DNA of 64,000 nt, from assembly GCA_013387205.1 (NCBI GenBank), contig WARV01000008.1:128136-192135 (forward strand), in the 5' to 3' direction. The position numbers and the translations under genes were made by a program. Numbering within the stretch: position 1 is the first letter of the stretch; each line of letters starts with the position of its first letter. Source of the DNA: Patescibacteria group bacterium (GTDB lineage Bacteria > Patescibacteriota > Doudnabacteria > UBA920). The notes beneath the pieces were generated by a model that saw nothing but the letters and a program-made list of their open reading frames with translations, did not search any database and was not told where the DNA came from. This document shows positions 51,468-59,615 of this stretch, one piece after another.

Positions 51468-52721
51468 TCACGTTCCTTCCTGCCAGGAAGATAGATATTT
51501 TTTCTGCTCAGGGGTTAATATGTCTATTTTTGCACCCATAGATTGCAGTTTCAGTTTGGCAACTTTAACATCAATTTCTTCCGGGACATTAAGGACGCCG
51601 GGTGATAACTTTTTATAATTTTTTGCGATAAAAGCAGCGGTCAGCGCCTGGTCGGCAAAGGACATATCCATGACAGAAGAAGGATGGCCTTCGGCAGCTG
51701 CTAAATTTACAAGACGGCCTTCGCTTAAAAGATAAATCCTTCTGCCGCTAGGCAAAACATATTCTTCCACATTTTCATTGAATGATTTTCTTGCCTTTGC
51801 CATTTTTTTCAAATCATCAACGTTTATCTCAACGTTAAAATGTCCGGTATTGCACAATATGGCACGATCTTTCATTAAAGCCATGTGCTTTTTGGTGATT
51901 ACATCCTTGTCGCCGGTTGCGGTAATGAATACATCGCCAAGTTTTGCCGCTTCCTGCATGGTGGCAACGTAAAATCCGTCCATAACCGCCTTAAGCGCCC
52001 TGACCGGATCTACTTCCGTAACTATAACGTGCGCACCCAAACCGCGCGCCCTTAAAGCCGCGCCACTGCCGCAATACCCATATCCTGCCACGGCAACTTT
52101 TTTGCCCGCCAGCAAAATATTTGTGGCGCGCAAAATCGCGTCTATGGTGCTTTGACCGGTGCCGTAATAATTGTCGAACATGTGCTTGGTCGGCGTGTCA
52201 TTTACCGCTACGACTGGGTATTTTAATGCGCCATCTTTGGCCATGGCCTTAAGCCTAATTACCCCGGTCGTTGTTTCTTCCTGCCCGCCCCAAACTGTTT
52301 TTAAAACTTCCCGCCTTTCGTTATGAATTAAAGAAATCAAATCCGCCCCATCGTCAATGGTAATGTTCGGTTTTATGTCCAAAGCTTTGTTCAGGCATTC
52401 GTAATATTCCTTATTTGATACGCCTTTTATGGCAAAAACATCCATACCTTCTTTTGCCAGCGCCGCCGCCACATCGTCCTGGGTGGAAAGGGGGTTGGAC
52501 CCGCACAAGGACACCCTGGCTCCGCCGGCCTGCAAAACTTTCATAAGCACCGCTGTCTCTTTGGTCACATGCAGACAAGCGGCAATATTCACGTTTTCAA
52601 ACGGCTGGGCCTTTTTAAATTCTTCTTTGATAATTTTTAAGACGGGCATTTCATTTTCCGCCCATTGGATCCGCAAGCTGCCCTGCGCTGCTAATTTTAT
52701 GTCTTTAACTTTATACGACAT
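51468..52721 (-). CDS. ahcY: Adenosylhomocysteinase
   Basis: [49 protein letters not shown]. Confidence 0.98.
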   Translation of the reverse strand: MSYKVKDIKLAAQGSLRIQWAENEMPVLKIIKEEFKKAQPFENVNIAACLHVTKETAVLMKVLQAGGARVSLCGSNPLSTQDDVAAALAKEGMDVFAIKGVSNKEYYECLNKALDIKPNITIDDGADLISLIHNERREVLKTVWGGQEETTTGVIRLKAMAKDGALKYPVVAVNDTPTKHMFDNYYGTGQSTIDAILRATNILLAGKKVAVAGYGYCGSGAALRARGLGAHVIVTEVDPVRALKAVMDGFYVATMQEAAKLGDVFITATGDKDVITKKHMALMKDRAILCNTGHFNVEINVDDLKKMAKARKSFNENVEEYVLPSGRRIYLLSEGRLVNLAAAEGHPSSVMDMSFADQALTAAFIAKNYKKLSPGVLNVPEEIDVKVAKLKLQSMGAKIDILTPEQKKYLSSWQEGT

Positions 52722-53014
52722 GGTGTGGTAGCGATTAATGTTTTGGTCAAATCTCTAAGTTAAGTATACCAAAAATAACGGTCGGTGAAAACTTGCACGC
52801 AAAGATTACATTTTAAGTTTTGCGCTTTGCTTACGTCAGCATATAAGCTAATTATTATTTCATTCCTATGATACGAAACAAAACGCATGCAGCGGCCTGA
52901 TGCAAATTATTTTGCATCACAAGAAGTTGGTGCAAAAAAATTTTCACCATGTTGTTGTCTAGGCTAGAGGAATAAATATTTAAGATCCATCATCCGTGAA
53001 AGGGGGTGAATATT

Positions 53015-53107
53015 ATGGCAATGTCAAAGGGACGCAAAAAGACCAAGAGCCGCAGCTCTAAAAGCAAGAGAGGTTCCATGGGAGCCAGGCGCTCAAGCCG
53101 CAGGTAA
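53015..53107 (+). CDS. 30-aa Lys/Arg/Ser-rich peptide (MAMSKGRKKTKSRSSKSKRGSMGARRSSRR)
   Basis: SD AAGGGGGTGA; terminator ACCCCGCCTCTCGCGAGAGGCGGGGTTT right after the stop. Confidence 0.7.
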   Translation: MAMSKGRKKTKSRSSKSKRGSMGARRSSRR

Positions 53108-53305
53108 AATTTACCCCGCCTCTCGCGAGAGGCGGGGTTTCTTATAATTGAATAGCAACCTTACCCCGGCAACTTGCATTCTTAGTTGGCTGGAGCGGTT
53201 GAGTTATTCATTATCAGAAGGCATCACAAAAGACATCCTTTATTTAGATAAAGGATGTCTTTTATTTATTCCTAGATTCTAGATTCTTTCTTCTAGATTC
53301 TTGTC

Positions 53306-53722
53306 TTACTTTTTCACCTCACTCATTTTTAATAAGTTATAAACCTGCAAGGTTTCCTTAACCTTTTTTACAACCCCCTCCAAGGACCAGTGGCTTTTGA
53401 CCAAATATTCTATAACCCCGGTTTTCGCGCCAAGTATCTCGGTAATTTTTTCCACTTCGCTCAGGTTGGAAATGATTATCACCGGAATGTGGGCAATTTT
53501 TTTATCCGCCCTCATTTTTTTTATCATGGTTACGCCGTCAACCAGGGGCATGACTATGTCCAATAAAATTAAATCCGGCTTGGTTTTTGCCGCGGCCTGC
53601 AATCCCTTGTGGCCGTCGGTTGCTTTGGCTACTTTAAAACCTTCGCGCTTGAATTTGTCGCAAAGGATGTTTAACAGATAAAGCTCGTCTTCAACAATAA
53701 GTATTTTGTTTGATTTTGTCAT
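53306..53722 (-). CDS. Single-domain response regulator receiver
   Basis: ILIVEDE, LLDIVMP, ISN, YLVK. Confidence 0.92.
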   Translation of the reverse strand: MTKSNKILIVEDELYLLNILCDKFKREGFKVAKATDGHKGLQAAAKTKPDLILLDIVMPLVDGVTMIKKMRADKKIAHIPVIIISNLSEVEKITEILGAKTGVIEYLVKSHWSLEGVVKKVKETLQVYNLLKMSEVKK

Positions 53723-53734
53723 GAGGTTTACGCA

Positions 53735-53896
53735 GAAGTAGTTGCAAAACTTGCTTTTAAGGCGAAATTCCAGAATTTCGAGCGAAAACTTTAAAGAAAA
53801 ACAATGGCGTAGCCTTAAGGCTACGGTGAGTTTTGATGAAAAGTTTGCAGCCGAAATTCTGGAATTGCAGACAAAATGAAGTTTTGCAACTGCTTC
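53735..53896. mobile_element. MITE-like nested inverted-repeat element (162 bp)
   Basis: 18-bp terminal inverted repeats, 17/18 match (GAAGTAGTTGCAAAACTT); inner AATTCCAGAATTTCG/CGAAATTCTGGAATT; central CGTAGCCTTAAGGCTACG. Confidence 0.65.
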
Positions 53897-54115
53897 ATTA
53901 ATAATGTTCTTAAAAAATCTGACGATGGTACAAAAAATAACTTACTTAGAACTCTAATAAATTTAAACTGCATTGCTATTCGCCATTACCTAATCGCTAT
54001 TCGCTAATTTTATATTAAATCTTTTGATGAATTGCTGCAAATGGATGAAGGTGGAGGGGGCTGGCAAAATTCTGGCATTTATGGTAAAATATTTTAGTGA
54101 TTTTATAAAGTGTTT

Positions 54116-54191
54116 GCCGGCTTAGCTCATCCGGTAGAGCAACGGTTTTGTAAACCGTAGGTGGTCGGTTCGAGTCCGACAGCCGGCTCCA
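54116..54191 (+). tRNA. tRNA-Thr(TGT)
   Basis: Cloverleaf; ACGGT-TTTGTAA-ACCGT; ends T-CCA. Confidence 0.96.
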
Positions 54192-54339
54192 TATGTAAGT
54201 TTTGCAATCCTAGCGCAGCTTAGGCTGTTTTAGGTGAGCGGCTACTGCATCATTTAGGATCAGTGTGATGCATCTTGGTTATTCTGACGCCCAGAATACC
54301 ATCAATCTAAAATTTTAAATCTTAAATCTAAAATTAATT

Positions 54340-54495
54340 ATGTCCCAAGACCATCTCATAACTTTAGAATGCACAGTTTGCCATAACTTGAATTACCAGA
54401 CCAAAAAGAACAAGAAGAACACTGCCAAAAGGCTGGAATTGATGAAGTATTGCAAATTCGACAAAAAGAAAACCCTGCACAAAGAAACCAAGTAA
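54340..54495 (+). CDS. rpmG: 50S ribosomal protein L33 (below ORF-track cutoff)
   Basis: [51 protein letters not shown]. Confidence 0.95.
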   Translation: MSQDHLITLECTVCHNLNYQTKKNKKNTAKRLELMKYCKFDKKKTLHKETK

Positions 54496-54576
54496 ATTAA
54501 GGCCGCCCTTAGGGCGGCCTTAATTTACAAACTATTCAGTATAGTATATACTATTTATGTAAGCACGTACGTTCGT

Positions 54577-55239
54577 ATGAAATTAAATTTAAAAACAAGA
54601 GCTATTGAACTTCGTAAGCAAGGTTTTAGTCATGGGGATATACGAAAAAAATTAGGAATATCAAAAAGCACCAGTTCATTGTGGACAAAAGACATTACCT
54701 TACCTTTGGAAGCGCAAAATATATTAGCAATCAAAACCGAGGCGGCGAGAAAGAAAGGAAGAGAATCACGTTCTACCAGAATAAAGCTCAAATATGATTT
54801 AATTAAAAAGTCGGTAATAGAAGATTTAAAGAGTATAAAACTAAGTAAATCATTGGCCAAGTTACTATGCTCAATGCTGTATTGGGGAGAAGGAAGTAAG
54901 TCCTCAGGGCGAGTAGTTTTTACTAACTCAGACCCTGAAATGGTGAATGCATTCATGAGATTATTCAGGTATGCATTTGTAATTAATGAAGACAAGATAA
55001 CCGCAACCCTACATTTACACCCTTACCATAATGAAAGAACTCAAAAAATATATTGGTCTGATAAAATCAATATACCTACGGAAAAAATACATATTTTTCA
55101 CAAAACGTCATACGGAAATGTAATTAGGAATAACTATCAAGGTTGTATAGCGATTAACTATGGAAGTATGGAAATATTAAATGAATTGATGTATTATTAT
55201 ACAGCAGGCACAGAAATACTATTTGGGGGGTTCGTATAG
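54577..55239 (+). CDS. HTH plus LAGLIDADG-like protein overlapping tRNA-Trp
   Basis: N-terminal HTH (LRKQGFS...LGISKSTSSLW); MLYWGEGSK...FTNSDP motif resembles a LAGLIDADG helix; low GC. Confidence 0.7.
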   Translation: MKLNLKTRAIELRKQGFSHGDIRKKLGISKSTSSLWTKDITLPLEAQNILAIKTEAARKKGRESRSTRIKLKYDLIKKSVIEDLKSIKLSKSLAKLLCSMLYWGEGSKSSGRVVFTNSDPEMVNAFMRLFRYAFVINEDKITATLHLHPYHNERTQKIYWSDKINIPTEKIHIFHKTSYGNVIRNNYQGCIAINYGSMEILNELMYYYTAGTEILFGGFV

Positions 55240-55298
55240 TGGTAATACAGCGGACTCCAAATCCGCTTACGTGGGTTCGATTCCTACACCCCCTGCCA
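55225..55298 (+). tRNA. tRNA-Trp(CCA)
   Basis: GCGGA-CTCCAAA-TCCGC anticodon arm, GTTCGATT T loop, G-CCA end; terminator follows. Confidence 0.95.
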
Positions 55299-55406
55299 AA
55301 AAACATCCTCAGTTACGAGGATGTTTTTTGTTTAAGTTTATATTCGTAATTGCGTCTTAAAAAACAGCAATTGGAAAATTAGTAACTTTGGAAAGGAGAA
55401 ATAAAC

Positions 55407-55805
55407 ATGAAATACATAATGTCAATTTTCATGGCCCTAGCCATGCTGTTTAGCGCAGTGCCAGTTTTCGCCGCTCCATTTAAAGCCGACAATAACCCAC
55501 AAATAGTTGCCAATTATGCCACTGGCGACCACGGTATCCCCGGCGAACCAGCCACCCACACAGGAGCCGATGTGGTTATGCAGGCAGGAAACAGCGGTAA
55601 TTTCCAGCAGTGGTTTTACGGTTTTGCCGATGAAAATAGCGGGATCATGGAAGGCGACCATAGCGTGTGGAAACTTTCTAAAGACGGAACCTGCCCGAGC
55701 AATACTTTTGCCATGACAGTGGGCCCAAATAACTTTTGGGGAGATTACTTAGTTCAAGGGGCTACGTACTGCATCCGCACAAATGATTTTCATCAAACAA
55801 AATAA
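55407..55805 (+). CDS. Hypothetical secreted protein
   Basis: Signal peptide ending VFA, SD AAGGAG, terminator at 55821-55846. Confidence 0.75.
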   Translation: MKYIMSIFMALAMLFSAVPVFAAPFKADNNPQIVANYATGDHGIPGEPATHTGADVVMQAGNSGNFQQWFYGFADENSGIMEGDHSVWKLSKDGTCPSNTFAMTVGPNNFWGDYLVQGATYCIRTNDFHQTK

Positions 55806-55899
55806 CAATTTCATTTTGCCAAACGCCCCGGACATCCGGGGCGTTATTTCTTGAATTATTCACGCATATCTGCTAAGATTTAAATTTGAAACATATTTT

Positions 55900-56154
55900 A
55901 TGAAAATCACCAACGAACCAATTCAAGAAAACTCGCCCGTAAAATTCAAGATCTTCGGTTTCCCGGAAGAAACCGCGGTCAGGTCTTCCATTGAAAGATT
56001 TTATGCTTTAAAGCGCGACGCCTTTAAAAGCTTTGAGATTTATAACGAATTCAATGAGCAGATTTTTACAGGGACCGTTGACGACTACGGCAAAATCACT
56101 GTCTTAACTCCAATCAACCGTTCGGGAAAGCCGTACCAGGAAGCAAACGATTAG
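55900..56154 (+). CDS. Hypothetical protein
   Basis: 84 aa ORF with ordinary composition. Confidence 0.6.
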   Translation: MKITNEPIQENSPVKFKIFGFPEETAVRSSIERFYALKRDAFKSFEIYNEFNEQIFTGTVDDYGKITVLTPINRSGKPYQEAND

Positions 56155-56306
56155 TATAAATTTATAGTTGGTAGTTTATAGTTTGTAGGCGTAGGGGCGG
56201 ATACTATCCGCCCTTTTGATTTTACCCTATAAATCTAATCTGACGAACGCCTCAACCGTCGGTTGAGGCGTTCATTCGTCCTATACAGGGAAAGGAGGTG
56301 AGGACG

Positions 56307-56591
56307 ATGATTATTGTCAGGGAAGTGTTTATTGCAAAGCCAGGCCAGGCATCAAAACTGGCCAAGCTTTTAAAAGAAGTAATGGGGCAGAGCCCTAAAT
56401 ATAAAACAACAATCATGACTGACTTAACAGGCAGGTTCAATAAGGTGGTTACGGAAACCGAACTGGAAAACCTGTCCGCTGTGGAAACCCGCTATAAAGA
56501 ATACGCGCAAAACGCGGATATGCGGGACAAAATGAAAGGCTATATTGATATGTATTTAACCGGTAAAAGGGAAATATACCAAGTTGTTTAA
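56307..56591 (+). CDS. Small NIPSNAP-like / dimeric alpha-beta barrel protein
   Basis: REVFIAKPG...TDLTG.FN.VV.E.E pattern; SD AAGGAGGTG. Confidence 0.6.
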   Translation: MIIVREVFIAKPGQASKLAKLLKEVMGQSPKYKTTIMTDLTGRFNKVVTETELENLSAVETRYKEYAQNADMRDKMKGYIDMYLTGKREIYQVV

Positions 56592-56672
56592 AATACGCAT
56601 TTAGTCCCAAATTTCCACATTTGTGGAAATTTGGGACTATTTTGTTTTTGTTCTAAAATGATATTTAATTGA

Positions 56673-58430
56673 TTACCGGTTGCGGTTTTTAACCGTCCTT
56701 GTTTGTAAAAAATTCTTTAACTCATTGGCGCTAAGCGGCTTGCTTATGCTGTAACCCTGCATTTCATGGCAGCCCAGGCTGGAAAGCAGGTCCATTTGCG
56801 TTTTTGTATCAACGCCTTCGGCTATTACTTTCAGCTTCAAATTCTCGGCAATGGAAATTATGGCTTTGATTATATTTTTATCCCGCTTGCCTGCCAAGCT
56901 TTGCTGCACGAAACTTTTGTCTATTTTCAATTTCTGGATAGGAAATTGCTTTAAGTAATTCAGTGAAGAAAACCCCATCCCGAAATCGTCCATGATAATG
57001 GAAATTCCGCGATCCCGCAAATTCAACAGCGCTTCTTTAACCTGCTTTGAATTTTCCATGGCTGAACTTTCGGTTATTTCCAACTCAAAATATTTCGGGT
57101 CAATGTTTTCCTCCGCCAAAATGGAAATAATATCTCCTGCGATATCATCATTAATGAATTGCCGAGCGGAAACATTGACGGCCAAATTCAAAAACATTCC
57201 CTGCCGGTGCAGCGTCCGCAAAAACGCGCAGGATTTTTTCAATGCCTTCCTCCCCAGCGGCACAATTAGCCCGACATCTTCCGCAATAGGCACGAAGTCT
57301 TCGGGTAAAAGTATGCCTAACCGAGGATGTCTCCAGCGTAAAAGCGCTTCAATAGAAACAAAATTCCCGGTTTTAGCGTTAATAATAGGCTGGAAGAAAA
57401 CCTCAAATTCATCCCTCAAAAGCGCGCTCTTAATGTCATTTTGCAAATTTCTGCGGCTTAAAGCGCCAGCGCTCATGTTTTGGCCGAATAATTCATAGCG
57501 GTTACGGCCCATTTCTTTGGCCCCGTAAAGCGCCATATCCGCGCTTTTCAGCAAAGTACGGATATCCTTGCCGTCATTCGGAAAAACCGCAATCCCTGCG
57601 CTGGCTGTAACACGGAAAACGTTATCGTCAATTTTAATTACCGGATCTAAAGCAGCGAAATAATCTTTCACGGATTGGACCATGTCAAAAGCGGAACCAA
57701 TACCATCTTTCAGTACGATAAATTCGTCGCCGCCCCATCTGGCTAAAAATTCATTCTCGTGTTCCTGCCTCAAAAGCCTGCTGCCGACTTCTTTTAAAAC
57801 AACATCGCCAACCTGGTGGCCTAAAGTATCATTAATATCCTTTAGCCGGTCTATGTCAATGAAACAAATGGCAATTTTCTTCCCTGACCTTTTTGCTTTC
57901 CGGAATACTTTATAAAAATGGTCGTCAAAATGCTTACGATTAGGAAGGTTTGTCAAAGGATCATGGAAAGCCTGGTGATGCATCTGCTCTTCGGCCTGCT
58001 TGCGTCTGGTAATTTCTATCGCCACAATGCCGACGCCTAAAAGTTTTTTATTTTTACCGTAGACCGGATAATAACTTTTCAGCCAATGCCTTTTGGTGCT
58101 TGGCGCTGCCCGGGTCTTCCCGGTCATTTCAAAATCCAAAACCGGCTTGCCGGTCTTTATAACCTGGTCGACAATCTGACTGGAAACACTGGCGATATCC
58201 AGAAGCAGCTTGTCAGCAGGTTTTCCGATAATTTCACCTGCGGGCATGCCATAAATTTCCGCCATCACCCCGTTTACTTTTAAAAACCTGCGCTTTACAT
58301 CAATTAATGCAAAACCAATGGACGCTTTTGAAAGGAGAGTATTTAAGATTTCAGCTTCTTTTTGGCTCAAAAACAGTACGTTTTTCGCGCCGGTTTTACT
58401 GCTTTTTGCCTTTAAACGGTTAGTCGTCAT
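56673..58430 (-). CDS. PAS-GGDEF-EAL diguanylate cyclase/phosphodiesterase
   Basis: PAS/PAC, HDPLTNLPNR, ARWGGDEF, IEALLRW, LEITES, DDFGMGFSSL, KIDKSF, AEGV. Confidence 0.95.
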   Translation of the reverse strand: MTTNRLKAKSSKTGAKNVLFLSQKEAEILNTLLSKASIGFALIDVKRRFLKVNGVMAEIYGMPAGEIIGKPADKLLLDIASVSSQIVDQVIKTGKPVLDFEMTGKTRAAPSTKRHWLKSYYPVYGKNKKLLGVGIVAIEITRRKQAEEQMHHQAFHDPLTNLPNRKHFDDHFYKVFRKAKRSGKKIAICFIDIDRLKDINDTLGHQVGDVVLKEVGSRLLRQEHENEFLARWGGDEFIVLKDGIGSAFDMVQSVKDYFAALDPVIKIDDNVFRVTASAGIAVFPNDGKDIRTLLKSADMALYGAKEMGRNRYELFGQNMSAGALSRRNLQNDIKSALLRDEFEVFFQPIINAKTGNFVSIEALLRWRHPRLGILLPEDFVPIAEDVGLIVPLGRKALKKSCAFLRTLHRQGMFLNLAVNVSARQFINDDIAGDIISILAEENIDPKYFELEITESSAMENSKQVKEALLNLRDRGISIIMDDFGMGFSSLNYLKQFPIQKLKIDKSFVQQSLAGKRDKNIIKAIISIAENLKLKVIAEGVDTKTQMDLLSSLGCHEMQGYSISKPLSANELKNFLQTRTVKNRNR

Positions 58431-58703
58431 AAATTAGAATTAATACAAAAAGTTCAATCAGTGATAAATTCCTGCTTATTTATAATGACTTTATTCTTGC
58501 CATTTTCTTAATTTTTATGTTATTATTAAGTTTTTTTACGTTAAAACTCCTCATTTTTAAAAGATTATTCATATTTTAATGCTTAAAATTGCTATAATTT
58601 TCTTATAGGCGTTGTTTGTGTGACGAAACTGTGGGATAATAGAATTAGCACGGTATTTCGGGGGCTTGAAGTAAACACATACCGTAAAAAAGGAGGACAA
58701 CTT

Positions 58704-58787
58704 ATGAGGCGCCCAGATCCGTTGTTTTTGGATCTCGTCTCTCCATTCATCCTAACCAATAAACTATTTGGAGGTTTTTGTGGGTAA
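58704..58787 (+). CDS. 27-aa upstream ORF coupled to the next gene
   Basis: SD AAGGAGG; its stop overlaps the GTG start region of 58780. Confidence 0.4.
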   Translation: MRRPDPLFLDLVSPFILTNKLFGGFCG

Positions 58788-59550
58788 CCCCAAAATGGTT
58801 CTCAATTTGCAACTTGGTTTGGATATTGCTCAAATACTCCGCAGCAACATCAACCCATCGGAAAGGAAACACTGGGACAAAAAGATCAGAGAGGGGATAA
58901 TCCCCACCGAAGCCACTGGCCAAAAGATCGACCCGGACGCCCATCAACATGAAGTGCAGCGTCGGACAACGTTTGAGGTTCGCAAGGTAACAGAGGTTTT
59001 GGCTTTTTGCCAAGATCTGCAGCACAAGTTGGTCCACTACATTGGGATTGGGACTGCGGATGCGTTGCCCGGGGTTTTGAATGCCGTAAACAAGAGGGGA
59101 GCAGACCTGATTGCGTATGACATTAGCAGAGTTGGCTACGAAAACGGCCAAAAAGTAATAAACAGCATAGACAGTTTTTGCACCAATCTCTGCTATCAGG
59201 CAGATATCGAGTTTGTCTGCGATCCAAAGTTTATCGACCCTGACTGCTCCGCGCTTTTGATTGTACCCAGGGTTCTGGACGTATTGGACAACGTATCGGG
59301 AGATAAGCACAAAATGGAGAGAACGGCCAAGCGGCTAGGTCGCCTGCTCGAATTTTTGCAAGGAGTTCTGCTGATTCACCCATGTCCGGAAGGAAACGAG
59401 CATGCTGTTTTCCGCGATACCACTCTCTATTCGCTCGAACAAGTTCTCGACTACATGGAACAGGGGCTTGGCAGTAAACTGCGCCTCAGCCGGCTTGGAA
59501 CCGTTGAGTTCTACCGGCACATCTACACTGCGGCGTTCATACGAAAGTAA
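58780..59550 (+). CDS. Orphan protein, possible degenerate class I SAM-methyltransferase fold
   Basis: VHYIGIGTAD (motif I-like), LIAYDIS (motif II-like), QADI; SD GGAGG before GTG. Confidence 0.55.
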   Translation: MGNPKMVLNLQLGLDIAQILRSNINPSERKHWDKKIREGIIPTEATGQKIDPDAHQHEVQRRTTFEVRKVTEVLAFCQDLQHKLVHYIGIGTADALPGVLNAVNKRGADLIAYDISRVGYENGQKVINSIDSFCTNLCYQADIEFVCDPKFIDPDCSALLIVPRVLDVLDNVSGDKHKMERTAKRLGRLLEFLQGVLLIHPCPEGNEHAVFRDTTLYSLEQVLDYMEQGLGSKLRLSRLGTVEFYRHIYTAAFIRK

Positions 59551-59615
59551 ACAGCGCCGAAGTCCTGCAAGGGAGGTTGTGAACCACACTTCCTCCCTCA
59601 TCTTTAAATAATTTT

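Noticed and set aside
52722-52980. SAH riboswitch upstream of ahcY
   Set aside because: The GAGGAGCG...CCAGGCUC consensus is absent on the minus strand.
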